Origin: Burkholderiaceae bacterium
GTDB taxonomy: Bacteria; Pseudomonadota; Gammaproteobacteria; Burkholderiales; Burkholderiaceae_C
Length of the DNA stretch: 64,000 nt
Reading direction: 5' to 3'
Assembly (NCBI GenBank): GCA_035716845.1
Contig: DASTJE010000259.1
Span: 2,638-66,637, forward strand
Each line of letters opens with the position of its first letter. The first letter of the stretch is position 1. Below, piece by piece: positions 16,640-25,875 of the stretch. The notes beneath the pieces were generated by a model that saw nothing but the letters and a program-made list of their open reading frames with translations, was not told the DNA's origin and made no database searches. A program made the position numbers and the translations under genes.

Positions 16640-16707
16640 GGCCGGGCATTCTAGGCAGCGCGCCCGGGGCGCCTGCACGAAGACACGCACGGGGCTAAAG
16701 TCACGCC

Positions 16708-17931
16708 ATGACAACTTCCTCCCCCAAGCTGTCCCTGGGGCAGGTGCTGCTGTGCGGCGCCGCGATCGTGACCCTGTCGATGGGCATCCGCCATGGCTTC
16801 GGCTTGTGGCTGCAGCCGATCACGATGGACCGCGGCTGGACGCGGGAGTCCTTCGCGTTCGCGATGGCGGTGCAGAACCTGGCCTGGGGCGCGGCCGGGC
16901 CGGTGGCCGGGGCGCTGGCCGACCGCTTCGGGGCGTTCCGCGTGCTGCTGGCCGGTGGCCTCATGTATGCCGCGGGCCTGGTGCTGATGGCCCTGGCCAC
17001 CTCGGGACTGGCCTTCACCGGCAGTGCGGGGCTGCTCATCGGCATCGCGCAGTCGGGCACCACCTATGCCGTCATTTACGGCGTGATCGGCCGCAACGTG
17101 GATCCGAGCAGGCGCTCATGGGCCATGGGCGTGGCCGCTGCGGCGGGGTCGTTCGGCCAGTTCCTGATGGTGCCCGTGGAGAACTGGCTGATCGGCACGT
17201 GGGGCTGGCAGAACGCACTGTTCATCCTGGGCTGTGCAGCGCTGGCGATCGTTCCGCTCGCCTGGGGCCTGAAGGAGCCGCAAGCCCCCGGCGCCGCTGC
17301 CGGAGGCCACCGCCAGAGCATCGGTGCCGCGCTGCGTGAGGCCTTCGGCTACCGCAGTTTCCAGCTGCTGACGGCGGGCTACTTCGTGTGCGGCTTCCAG
17401 GTGGTCTTCATCGGCGTGCACATGCCGAGCTACCTGAAGGACCATGGCCTGTCGCCCGGCGTGGCCACGACGGCGCTGGCGCTGATCGGCCTGTTCAACG
17501 TGTTCGGGACCTACGGCGCCGGCCTGCTCGGCCAGCGCTGGCCCAAGCGCTACCTGCTGTCGGCAATCTACCTGTTGCGCGCGGTGGCCATCGTCGCCTT
17601 CCTCGCGGCGCCGCTGACGCCGTGGAGCGTGTACCTGTTCGCCTCGGTGATGGGGTTGCTGTGGTTGTCGACGGTGCCGCCCACCAATGCCGTGGTGGCG
17701 CAGATCTTCGGCGTGCAGTACCTGTCGATGCTGGGCGGCATCGTGTTCTTCAGCCACCAGGTCGGCAGCTTCCTCGGCGTCTGGCTGGGCGGCTTGCTCT
17801 ACGACACCACCGGCAGCTACGACATCGTGTGGTGGATCGCGGCAGCGCTCGGGGTGGCGGCCGCCCTGATCAACCTGCCGGTGCGCGAGCACGCGATCGT
17901 GCGCCGCACCCCGTCGGTGGCCGCCGCGTGA
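16708..17931 (+). CDS. MFS transporter
   Basis: ORF 16708..17931, a 407-aa polytopic hydrophobic protein. Confidence 0.85.
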   Translation: MTTSSPKLSLGQVLLCGAAIVTLSMGIRHGFGLWLQPITMDRGWTRESFAFAMAVQNLAWGAAGPVAGALADRFGAFRVLLAGGLMYAAGLVLMALATSGLAFTGSAGLLIGIAQSGTTYAVIYGVIGRNVDPSRRSWAMGVAAAAGSFGQFLMVPVENWLIGTWGWQNALFILGCAALAIVPLAWGLKEPQAPGAAAGGHRQSIGAALREAFGYRSFQLLTAGYFVCGFQVVFIGVHMPSYLKDHGLSPGVATTALALIGLFNVFGTYGAGLLGQRWPKRYLLSAIYLLRAVAIVAFLAAPLTPWSVYLFASVMGLLWLSTVPPTNAVVAQIFGVQYLSMLGGIVFFSHQVGSFLGVWLGGLLYDTTGSYDIVWWIAAALGVAAALINLPVREHAIVRRTPSVAAA

Positions 17932-18059
17932 AGCGACCGCTGCCGGTGCGCTGGCTGTGGCGCGCGGCGGCGGCCACGGCGCTCGCGCTCGCGTTCGCGG
18001 CCTACCTGCAGCCCGACCTCATGGTGCGCCTGGCCAGCGAGCTCTGGGCCTGCTTCTGA
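17928..18059 (+). CDS. Possible 43-aa single-TM small protein translationally coupled to the MFS gene
   Basis: A GTG at 17928 overlaps the MFS TGA stop (GTGA). The product is VKRPLPVRWLWRAAAATALALAFAAYLQPDLMVRLASELWACF, with a basic N-terminus and one hydrophobic helix. Confidence 0.3.
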   Translation: MKRPLPVRWLWRAAAATALALAFAAYLQPDLMVRLASELWACF

Positions 18060-18067
18060 ATGCGCCC

Positions 18068-18616
18068 GTGACGCACGGCCTGTCGCCGCCCTCGCCCTGG
18101 CTGCTGCGCTGGGCCCATCTGCTCCCACCGGGCGCGCACGTGCTCGACCTGGCGTGCGGGAGCGGGCGGCACCTGCGCTGGCTGGCCGCGCGCGGCTACA
18201 AGGTGACCGGCGTGGATCGCGATGCCGGAGCGGTCGAGCCGCTGCGCACAGTCGCGCGCGTCGTCGTGGCCGACATCGAGGAGGGCCCCTGGCCACTGCC
18301 CGGCGAGCGCTTCGACGCCGTGCTCGTCACGAACTACCTGTGGCGCCCGCTGATGCCCACCGTGCTGGACAGCCTCGCCGCGGGCGGCGTGCTCCTCTAC
18401 GAGACCTTCGCGATCGGTCACGCCGCATTCGGCAGGCCGTCCAACCCCGCGTTCCTGCTGCGCGAAGGGGAACTTCTGGAGTGGTGCCGCGGGATGCACG
18501 TCGTCGCCTTCGAGGACGGTCTGCTCACCGGACCGCCTCGGCGCGTGCAGCGCATCGTCGCGCAGTGCCCGCCCGCATCGACGCCCCCGCTAGAATCCCC
18601 GGTGAATTTCCACTGA
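18068..18616 (+). CDS. Class I SAM-dependent methyltransferase
   Basis: It lies within ORF 17957..18616. Motif I is [11 protein letters not shown]. The start is uncertain, with GTG at 18068 chosen. Confidence 0.75.
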   Translation: MTHGLSPPSPWLLRWAHLLPPGAHVLDLACGSGRHLRWLAARGYKVTGVDRDAGAVEPLRTVARVVVADIEEGPWPLPGERFDAVLVTNYLWRPLMPTVLDSLAAGGVLLYETFAIGHAAFGRPSNPAFLLREGELLEWCRGMHVVAFEDGLLTGPPRRVQRIVAQCPPASTPPLESPVNFH

Positions 18617-18623
18617 GCCGATC

Positions 18624-19505
18624 ATGAACCCGATCATTGGCAGCATCGTCGCGCTGGTCACCCCGATGCACGACGACGGCAGCGTCGATTACCCTGCCCT
18701 GCGGCGGCTGATCGACTGGCACGTCGCCGAAGGCACGGCCTGCATCGGCGTCGTCGGCACGACGGGCGAGTCGCCCACCGTCACCGTCGAGGAGCACTGC
18801 GAGATCATCCGCGTGGCCGTGGAGCACGCGGCCGGCCGCATTCCCGTGATGGCCGGCGCCGGCGCGAACTCCACGTCGGAAGCGCTGGAGTTGACCCGAT
18901 TCGCGAAGCGCGTCGGTGCGGACTGCTCGCTGCAGGTGGTGCCGTACTACAACAAGCCCACGCAGGAAGGCATCTATCGGCATTTCCGCACCATCGCCGA
19001 GGGCGTGGACCTGCCGGTGGTGCTGTACAACGTGCCCGGCCGCACGGTGGCGGACATGCAGCACGACACCGTGCTGCGCCTGACCCAGGTGCCGGGTATC
19101 GTCGGCATCAAGGAGGCCAGCGGCAACATCGATCGCGCCGCGTGGCTGATCAAGCAGGCGCCCAAGGGCTTCTGCGTCTACTCCGGCGACGACCCCACGG
19201 CGATCGGTCTCATGCTGCTGGGCGGGCACGGCAACGTCAGCGTCACGGCCAACGTGGCGCCGCGCGCCATGGCCGACCTGTGTGCCGCCGCCATCGCGGG
19301 CGACGCTCGCCGCGCCGCGGCGATCCACCTCAAGCTGCTGGGCCTGCACCGGCACCTGTTCGCCGAGGCCAATCCGATCCCCGTCAAGTGGGCGCTGGCG
19401 CGCATGGGCCGCATCGGTCCGGCGCTGCGTCTGCCCCTGGTGCCGCTGACCGAGGCCCATCACGCGGTGCTCGAAGCGGCGCTGCGCGAGGCCGGCGCGC
19501 TGTGA
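18624..19505 (+). CDS. dapA: 4-hydroxy-tetrahydrodipicolinate synthase
   Basis: ORF 18624..19505. It has [19 protein letters not shown] and YNVPGRT motifs. Confidence 0.95.
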   Translation: MNPIIGSIVALVTPMHDDGSVDYPALRRLIDWHVAEGTACIGVVGTTGESPTVTVEEHCEIIRVAVEHAAGRIPVMAGAGANSTSEALELTRFAKRVGADCSLQVVPYYNKPTQEGIYRHFRTIAEGVDLPVVLYNVPGRTVADMQHDTVLRLTQVPGIVGIKEASGNIDRAAWLIKQAPKGFCVYSGDDPTAIGLMLLGGHGNVSVTANVAPRAMADLCAAAIAGDARRAAAIHLKLLGLHRHLFAEANPIPVKWALARMGRIGPALRLPLVPLTEAHHAVLEAALREAGAL

Positions 19506-19579
19506 CGCGGCGCTGCCCGAACCGCGTTCCGCGCGTCCATCCCCGGCCACTCGGCCACGCACTTCTTGCGAAGCAAAGA

Positions 19580-20728
19580 ATGAAACAGCCTGCGCAACCG
19601 TTCCGCCTTGCGGTCTTGACCACCGCAGCCCTGTGCCTCGCCGGCTGCTCGTCGTTCGGCGACTTCCTCCAGGGCGACAAGCTCGACTACAAGGCCGGCG
19701 CGGTCAAGACGGCCCCGCTGGAGGTACCACCGGACCTGACCCAGCTTGCACGCGACGGCCGCTACGCACCGCAGCAAGGTGCCGTCAGCGCCAGTACCTA
19801 CCAGCAGCAGTCGGCCGCCGCCCCGGCACAGGCGACGACCAACGCCGCCGCGACCGCTCAGGTGGCCCCCAACGTCGCCGGCGAGATGCGCGTGGTGCGC
19901 GACGGCAACGAGCGCTGGCTGGTGGTGCCGATGCCGGCGGACGCGCTGTGGCCGCAGTTGCGCAGCTTCTGGCAGGAGCGCGGCTTCACGCTGGTCGTGG
20001 ACAACGCCGAGGCCGGCGTGATGGAAACGGACTGGGCCGAGAACCGCGCCAAGATTCCGCAGGACATCGTGCGCCGCATGGTCGGCCGCGTGCTCGACAG
20101 CCTGTACGACAGCGGTGAACGCGACCGCTTCCGCACACGCGTCGAACGCAACGGTGCGAGCAGCGAGGTGTACATCAGCCACCGCGGCATGCAGGAGGTG
20201 TACACCGGCGAGACGCGCGACACGCAGAGCACGCGCTGGGTGCCGCGGCCGAGCGACCCCCAGCTCGAAGCCGAGTTCCTGACGCGGCTGATGGTCAAGC
20301 TCGGCGCGAAGGAGGCGGTGGCGCGCGACACCGTGGCCAGGCCGGTCACGTCGGCGGCCCGCGCCCGTACCCTGAGCGGCCAGCCCGCGACGCTGCAGGT
20401 CGACGAGAACTTCGACCGCGCGTGGCGGCGCGTCGGGCTCGTGCTCGACCGTGGCGGATTCACGGTGGAGGACCGCGACCGTGCGGGGGGGCTGTACTTC
20501 GTGCGCTACGTCGATCCCTCCAATGCCGCGACCAAGGCCGAACCCGGCTTCTTCGCCAAGCTGTTCAGCTTCGGCAAGAGCGAGTCCGCCGCGCCGGAGC
20601 GCTATCGCATCGCGCTCAAGGCCGACGGCGATCGCACGACTGTCAGCGTGCAGAACGCCCAGGGCGCACCCGAGACGGGCCCCACCGGCCAACGCATCGT
20701 CGGCATCCTGCTCGACGATCTCAGGTAG
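19580..20728 (+). CDS. bamC: Outer-membrane protein assembly factor BamC (NlpB-like lipoprotein)
   Basis: It lies within ORF 19142..20728. The start is MKQPAQPFRLAVLTTAALCLAGCSS (lipobox LAGC). The position directly after dapA is the classic one. Confidence 0.85.
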   Translation: MKQPAQPFRLAVLTTAALCLAGCSSFGDFLQGDKLDYKAGAVKTAPLEVPPDLTQLARDGRYAPQQGAVSASTYQQQSAAAPAQATTNAAATAQVAPNVAGEMRVVRDGNERWLVVPMPADALWPQLRSFWQERGFTLVVDNAEAGVMETDWAENRAKIPQDIVRRMVGRVLDSLYDSGERDRFRTRVERNGASSEVYISHRGMQEVYTGETRDTQSTRWVPRPSDPQLEAEFLTRLMVKLGAKEAVARDTVARPVTSAARARTLSGQPATLQVDENFDRAWRRVGLVLDRGGFTVEDRDRAGGLYFVRYVDPSNAATKAEPGFFAKLFSFGKSESAAPERYRIALKADGDRTTVSVQNAQGAPETGPTGQRIVGILLDDLR

Positions 20729-20739
20729 AGCGCCGCCCG

Positions 20740-21528
20740 GTGCTGCGCTTCTCGAGCCTGGCCAGCGGCAGCTCGGGCAACGCAACACTGGTCGAGGTCA
20801 CGCGCGCCGACGGTCAGGCGCCCACGCGGCTGCTGGTGGATTGCGGCCTGGGCCCGCGCCGCGTGGCCGCGGCGCTGGCCGTGCGCGGCGTGGCGCCGAG
20901 CGATCTGAGCGCCATCTTCGTCACCCACGAGCACAGCGATCACGCCGGAGGCATCGCCGCGCTTCAGCGCCGGTACGCGCTGACGGTATGGGCAAGCGCG
21001 GGTACGCGCTCGGCCGCGTGGGACGACCCGTCGGTCGAAGTCTCATTGGCCGCGAGCGGGCGCCCGATCGTCATCGGAGCGCTCACCGTGCATCCGTTTG
21101 CCGTGCCGCACGACGCCGCGGAACCGCTGCAACTCGTCGTCAGCGATGGCGTGCATCGTCTCGGCATCGTCACGGACCTCGGCGAACCCACCGACGCCGT
21201 CGCCGCGGCGCTCGAAGGCTGCGATGCCCTGCTGCTCGAGTGCAACCACGACGGCGACATGCTGGAGCGGGGTCCCTACCCGGCGTGGCTGAAGCGGCGC
21301 ATCGGGGGCGCACGCGGCCACCTCGCCAACCGTCAGGCTGCGGACCTTCTCGATCGCGTCGCACACGACGGCTTGCGCCACGTGGTGGCCGCCCACCTGA
21401 GCCGCCACAACAACCGCCCCGAACTGGCGCTCGCGGCGCTGCACGCCGCTTCTGGACGCGCTCGCCCGCAGCTGCACGTGGCAGACATGCACGCAGGCTG
21501 CCCCTGGATCGACCTCGCGGGCGCGTGA
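20740..21528 (+). CDS. MBL-fold metallo-hydrolase
   Basis: It lies within ORF 20422..21528, with a GTG at 20740. The HEHSDHAGG (HxHxDH) motif is present. Confidence 0.85.
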   Translation: MLRFSSLASGSSGNATLVEVTRADGQAPTRLLVDCGLGPRRVAAALAVRGVAPSDLSAIFVTHEHSDHAGGIAALQRRYALTVWASAGTRSAAWDDPSVEVSLAASGRPIVIGALTVHPFAVPHDAAEPLQLVVSDGVHRLGIVTDLGEPTDAVAAALEGCDALLLECNHDGDMLERGPYPAWLKRRIGGARGHLANRQAADLLDRVAHDGLRHVVAAHLSRHNNRPELALAALHAASGRARPQLHVADMHAGCPWIDLAGA

Positions 21529-21569
21529 CGCGCAGGCATTCGCGCCGACGACGGACTCCGAAATGCAAA

Positions 21570-21589
21570 GAGCCGCCCGAAGGCGGCTC
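21570..21589. terminator. Hairpin GAGCCGCC-CGAA-GGCGGCTC between convergent genes
   Basis: It has a perfect 8-bp GC stem and a tetraloop. On the minus strand it is followed by TTTGCATTT, so it best fits termination of the lipoprotein gene. Confidence 0.6.
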
Positions 21590-21614
21590 TCGCATCGCTC
21601 TGATCGAAGCGGGA

Positions 21615-21812
21615 TTACTTCGACGCGGCCGGAGCAGCGGCGCTGGCCGCGGCAGCCGGAGCGGCGGCGTCGGACGCGGCAGCAGCGGGGGCGGGCGCCG
21701 GAGCGGGTGCCGGGGCGGCGGCAGGGGCCGGAGCCGGGGCCTCTTCCTTCTTGCCGCAGGCCGACAGGGCCACGGCAGCCACCAGGGAGGCGACGAGGAG
21801 CGACTTGTTCAT
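21615..21812 (-). CDS. 65-aa lipoprotein with an Ala/Pro low-complexity body
   Basis: ORF 21615..21812. The N-terminus MNKSLLVASLVAAVALSACGKKEE carries lipobox LSAC, followed by (AP)n/(A)n. Confidence 0.6.
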   Translation of the reverse strand: MNKSLLVASLVAAVALSACGKKEEAPAPAPAAAPAPAPAPAPAAAASDAAAPAAAASAAAPAASK

Positions 21813-21959
21813 GTGCAGGATTCCTTGCTAGGTCAGTGAGTCGATCGATTTACCGGTGTTGTTCAGATTCGCGCGAATCTGCGAGCACGAGAAGCGTGGC
21901 ATCGTCTGCGTACTGCCTCCGAACTCAGCCTCAGATTATAGCGGGAATCCGTGGAATCC

Positions 21960-22463
21960 CTATAGGCCCAACGTGTTCACGGCGAAACCCGGCTCGGAGC
22001 GTTGCACCAGCACGTCGACGACCTCGTGCCAGTCGTCGACTTCGCGCGGCGTCGCCAGCCAGTGCCCGCGCCAGCGCTGCGCATCGGCCAGGTGCAAGCT
22101 TGCCGGGCCTGCCAGCACCAGGGTCGGGATCTGCGATGGCTCGACGTCGGTCGCGCGACACTCGACCACGTGCGACCAGTCGCGCCGCCACGCAGCAAAG
22201 CGCGGGAACAGCCGCGGCAACGCATCGAAGCGTGCGGCGACCATCAGCAGCCGTCGCGACGGCAAGCGCGCCCAGGCACCCAGCGCCTCGAGCACCCCCG
22301 CATCGTCGAGCGGCCAGGCCTCGTAGTCCACATCCACCAATTGCAGCTCGCGCACGCGCTCGCGCGCGGCCGTGGCGAACGCCCGCCGCACTGCGTCTCG
22401 GAATGCGGTGCGTCCGTCGATGGCGCCTGGGCGCGCGGACTCGTCGCGCGGGTCATGTGGCAT
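21960..22463 (-). CDS. Hypothetical protein (167 aa)
   Basis: It lies within ORF 21960..22493. The start was taken at MPHDPRD, which overlaps the stop of the upstream JmjC-like gene by 11 nt. Composition is protein-like, but I recognise no motif. Confidence 0.55.
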   Translation of the reverse strand: MPHDPRDESARPGAIDGRTAFRDAVRRAFATAARERVRELQLVDVDYEAWPLDDAGVLEALGAWARLPSRRLLMVAARFDALPRLFPRFAAWRRDWSHVVECRATDVEPSQIPTLVLAGPASLHLADAQRWRGHWLATPREVDDWHEVVDVLVQRSEPGFAVNTLGL

Positions 22464-23610
22464 CGTGTCCTCCCTTCGCTTCCGCGCCGGCAACGCGCAC
22501 CCAGCCGGCCTCGATCCACTCGTCCAGCACGCCGCGCGCCCCGGCGCTGAGCGCGCGCACGTCGCGCGCCTGCAGCGCGCGCGCGTCGGCCAGCTGACGC
22601 ATCAGGCGCGCATCGCGCCCCGCCGCCCGCCAGGATTCGCCATTCATGTAGACGTGGCGTTCGTCGTAGGCCATGCGTGTGCGGCGATCGAGGCGCACGC
22701 CGCCACGGGCATCGCCCGCGCCCGCCTCGAACCACACCTGCGGCTTGGGCTCGGTGATCCACTCGCCGAGCGCACGTTCGATCGCCCCCGGCTGGCGCAG
22801 CAGGCGCTGCAGCGCCGATGCCGCAAAGGCCTGCAAAGCCGCCGGCATCGCGCCGGCCTGTGTCGTCGCGCCCTGGCGAGGGTCGCGGTAATGCACGCGC
22901 CCGCGCGGGTCGTCACTCTCGGTGTCGGCCAGCCGCGCCAGCAGCGCGCGCGCCAGCTCGTCGGCCGCCGGCGTCCGGTAACCGACCGACGCGGTCATGC
23001 AGTCGTGCCCCTGGGCAATGCCGTCGTGTCCCCAGCCCGGAGGCAGGTAGAGCAGATCGCCCGCCTGCAGGACATGCTCCTCCTCGGGCGTGAACGACGC
23101 CAGCATGCGCAGCGGCACGTCATCGCGCCACCGTGGGTGCGTCACGCGCCCGTAGCGCCAGCGGCGACGTCCCGCCACCTGCACGAGGAAGACGTCGTAC
23201 GCGTCGGTATGAGGACCGACACCCCCGCCATCGCTGGCGTAGGACAGCATCAGGTCGTCGAGGCGCGCGGCCGGCACGAAGGCGAAACGCGACAGCAGCG
23301 CGTGCGCCGCCTCGACGTGCAGGTCCAGGCCCTGCACCAGCAGGGTCCAGCCCGTGCTCGACAGCGGTGGCAGCGCGCGGCGCGGCAGCGGGCCACGGCG
23401 CAGGTGCCAACGCCCCGCATCGTCGCGTCGCACCAGCCGCGATTCGACATCGTCCGCGCCGGCGAGGTCGAACAGCGCGGCGCGCGCAAGCGGGGGCCGG
23501 ACGCCCGGCAATGCCTGTCGCACGAGCAGTGGCCGCTTCTGCCAATGCCGGCGCATGAACTGGGTCGGCGACAGCCCGCCGAGCAGCGCCGTGGGAGCCT
23601 GGATGTCCAT
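22453..23610 (-). CDS. Cupin/JmjC-domain protein, ribosomal oxygenase-like (RoxA/YcfD-type)
   Basis: It lies within ORF 22453..23655. The N-terminal FMRRHWQKRPLLVRQALPG resembles the YcfD N-terminus. HTDAYDVFLVQVAGRRRW fits the HxD iron site. The start is ambiguous (23610, 23637 or 23655). Confidence 0.8.
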   Translation of the reverse strand: MDIQAPTALLGGLSPTQFMRRHWQKRPLLVRQALPGVRPPLARAALFDLAGADDVESRLVRRDDAGRWHLRRGPLPRRALPPLSSTGWTLLVQGLDLHVEAAHALLSRFAFVPAARLDDLMLSYASDGGGVGPHTDAYDVFLVQVAGRRRWRYGRVTHPRWRDDVPLRMLASFTPEEEHVLQAGDLLYLPPGWGHDGIAQGHDCMTASVGYRTPAADELARALLARLADTESDDPRGRVHYRDPRQGATTQAGAMPAALQAFAASALQRLLRQPGAIERALGEWITEPKPQVWFEAGAGDARGGVRLDRRTRMAYDERHVYMNGESWRAAGRDARLMRQLADARALQARDVRALSAGARGVLDEWIEAGWVRVAGAEAKGGHDAT

Positions 23611-23643
23611 GGCCGCATTGTCGCGCTGTGCCATCATGGAACC

Positions 23644-24165
23644 ATGCGGATTCACAAACCCTGCGTGGTGTCGCTGACCTGGCGCCTCGCCGACGCCCTA
23701 GACCAGCCGATCGACGAACTTACCGAGCCGGTCGAGTTCTTCTTCGGTGGCGACGACCTGCTGCCCAAGGTCGAGGAGGCGCTCGAAGGCCAGGCGATCG
23801 GCTTCGAGGTGCACCTGCACCTGGAGCCCGAACACGCCTTCGGCGAGTACGACAGCGAGCTCGTGTGCTTCGAGGATCGCGCGCTGTTCCCGCCCGAACT
23901 GGAGCCGGGCATGCGCTTCGAGGGCCTGCCCGACGGGGCGGCCACGCCGGACATGCCCGCCGATGCGATCTACACCGTCACCGAGGTCTACCCCTCGCAC
24001 GTGGTGCTCGACGGCAATCACCCGCTGGCGGGAATGGCGTTGCGCCTGCACCTGAGCGTGCGCGACGTGCGCCCGGCCAGCGAGGACGAAGTCGAGGCGG
24101 GCAGCGTCGGCTCGGGCGTGTTCGACGTGCTCGACGCGATGCCGACGCCCGAGCAGCTGCAGTAG
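23644..24165 (+). CDS. FKBP-type peptidyl-prolyl cis-trans isomerase (SlyD-like)
   Basis: It lies within ORF 22372..24165. The start is MRIHKPCVVSLTWRL. The core includes EYDSELV, YPSHVVLDGNHPLAGMAL and an insert-in-flap-like region. Confidence 0.85.
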   Translation: MRIHKPCVVSLTWRLADALDQPIDELTEPVEFFFGGDDLLPKVEEALEGQAIGFEVHLHLEPEHAFGEYDSELVCFEDRALFPPELEPGMRFEGLPDGAATPDMPADAIYTVTEVYPSHVVLDGNHPLAGMALRLHLSVRDVRPASEDEVEAGSVGSGVFDVLDAMPTPEQLQ

Positions 24166-24174
24166 CTCGCGCCC

Positions 24175-24624
24175 TCAGCGCTTGCCGGTCGAACCGAACC
24201 CGCCCTCGCCCCGGTCGCTGGTGTCGAAGTTCTCGACGCGTCGAAAGCGCGCCTGCACCACCGGCACGATCACCATCTGCGCGATGCGCTCCATCGGCTC
24301 GATCGTGACCGTCGCGCTGCCGCGGTTCCAGCAGCTCACCATCAGCGGCCCCTGGTAGTCGCTGTCGATCAGGCCGACGAGGTTGCCCAGCACGATGCCG
24401 TGCTTGTGGCCCAGCCCCGAACGCGGCAGCAGCATGGCCGCGAGGCCGGGGTCGCCGATGTGGATCGCCAGGCCCGTCGGGATCAGGTGGGCCTGGCCGG
24501 GCGCGAGCACCAGCGGCGCGTCCAGGCAGGCGCGCAGGTCGAGCCCGGCACTGCCGGCGGTGGCGTAGGCGGGGAGGTGCTCGGCCATGCGCGGGTCGAG
24601 CACCTTGAGGTCGATGACGGTCAT
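24175..24624 (-). CDS. dut: dUTP diphosphatase
   Basis: It lies within ORF 24175..25644. The start is [12 protein letters not shown]. The motifs [16 protein letters not shown] and [10 protein letters not shown] are present. Its ATG overlaps the coaBC stop (ATGA). Confidence 0.95.
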   Translation of the reverse strand: MTVIDLKVLDPRMAEHLPAYATAGSAGLDLRACLDAPLVLAPGQAHLIPTGLAIHIGDPGLAAMLLPRSGLGHKHGIVLGNLVGLIDSDYQGPLMVSCWNRGSATVTIEPMERIAQMVIVPVVQARFRRVENFDTSDRGEGGFGSTGKR

Positions 24625-25847
24625 GAGGCGGCGGAAAGACGCTGCGCGATCTCGGCGACGAGTTGCCGCGCCAGGCTGAGCTTGTCGGCGTGCGGGAGCG
24701 CGCGCGTGCCCAGCGCGTCCACCAGCAGGAGTGCGTTGTCGTCGCGACCGAAGGTGGCGGGCCCGAGGTTGCCCACCACGAGCGGCACCTTCTTGCGCTC
24801 GAGCTTGGCGCGGGCGTGCTGCTCGACGTCCTGGCTCTCGGCCGCGAAGCCCACGCAGTAGGGACGGTTCGGCAGCGCGGCGATGCTGGCCAGGATGTCC
24901 GGGTTCTCGATCAGATCGAGGCTCGGTGCCCCCTGGCCGGCCACCTTCTTGATCTTGTGCGCGGCCGCGTCGGCCGGGCGCCAGTCGGCCACCGCGGCCG
25001 TGGCCACGAACACATCGTGGTCCGGCGCGACCGGCAGCACGGCGGCCAGCATCTCGCGCGCGCTGCGCACGTCGATGCGCCGTACGCCCGCCGGCGTGGG
25101 CAGGGCCACCGGCCCGGCCACCAGCGTGACCTCGGCACCCGCCTCGGCCGCCGCGCGTGCGATCGCGAAGCCCATCTTGCCCGACGAGAGATTGGTGATG
25201 CCGCGCACCGGATCGATGGCCTCGTAGGTCGGCCCGGCCGTGACCAGCACCCGGCGGCCAGCCAGAAGCCTGGGCTGGAACTGCGCGATCACCGCGTCGC
25301 ACAGTTCGAGTGCCTCGAGCATGCGTCCGTCGCCCACCTCGCCGCAGGCCTGATCGCCGGCCGCAGGCCCGAGCACCACCGCACCGTCGGCCACTGCCTG
25401 GGCCACGTTGCGCTGCGTCGCGGGGTGGGCCCACATCTCGCGGTTCATCGCCGGGGCCAGCAGCAGCGGGCAGCGTCGGTCGCCGGACAGGGGCCGTGCC
25501 AGGCACAGCAGCGACAGCAGGTCGTCCGCGCGCCCCTGGGCCAGCTTGGCGATGAAGTCGGCGCTGGCCGGCGCGACGATCACCGCATCGGCCTCGCGCG
25601 TCAGGTTGATGTGGGCCATGTTGTTGCCCGGCCGTGCATCCCACTGGCTGGTGTAGACGGGCCGGTTCGACAAGGCCTGCATCGTCACCGCGGTGATGAA
25701 CTGCTCGGCCGCCTCGGTCATCACCACCTGCACCGTCGCGCCGGCGCGCACCAGCTCGCGCGTCAACTCGGCCGCCTTGTAGCAGGCAATGCCTCCCGTG
25801 AGGCCCAGCACCAGATGCTTGCCGGCGAGATCGCGTCGATCACTCAT
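24621..25847 (-). CDS. coaBC: Bifunctional phosphopantothenoylcysteine decarboxylase / phosphopantothenate-cysteine ligase
   Basis: It lies within ORF 24621..26327. The start is [25 protein letters not shown]. The motifs PAMN and [10 protein letters not shown] are present. Confidence 0.95.
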   Translation of the reverse strand: MSDRRDLAGKHLVLGLTGGIACYKAAELTRELVRAGATVQVVMTEAAEQFITAVTMQALSNRPVYTSQWDARPGNNMAHINLTREADAVIVAPASADFIAKLAQGRADDLLSLLCLARPLSGDRRCPLLLAPAMNREMWAHPATQRNVAQAVADGAVVLGPAAGDQACGEVGDGRMLEALELCDAVIAQFQPRLLAGRRVLVTAGPTYEAIDPVRGITNLSSGKMGFAIARAAAEAGAEVTLVAGPVALPTPAGVRRIDVRSAREMLAAVLPVAPDHDVFVATAAVADWRPADAAAHKIKKVAGQGAPSLDLIENPDILASIAALPNRPYCVGFAAESQDVEQHARAKLERKKVPLVVGNLGPATFGRDDNALLLVDALGTRALPHADKLSLARQLVAEIAQRLSAAS

Positions 25848-25875
25848 GAGGCGGGACTCTAGCAGCGGGCGGGTC

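Noticed and set aside
23611-23655. The longest start (23655) for the JmjC-like gene
   Set aside because: It would overlap the divergent slyD-like start codon. The MDIQAPT start at 23610 gives an N-terminal spacing to the HWQKRP motif similar to E. coli YcfD. It is kept as an alternative only.
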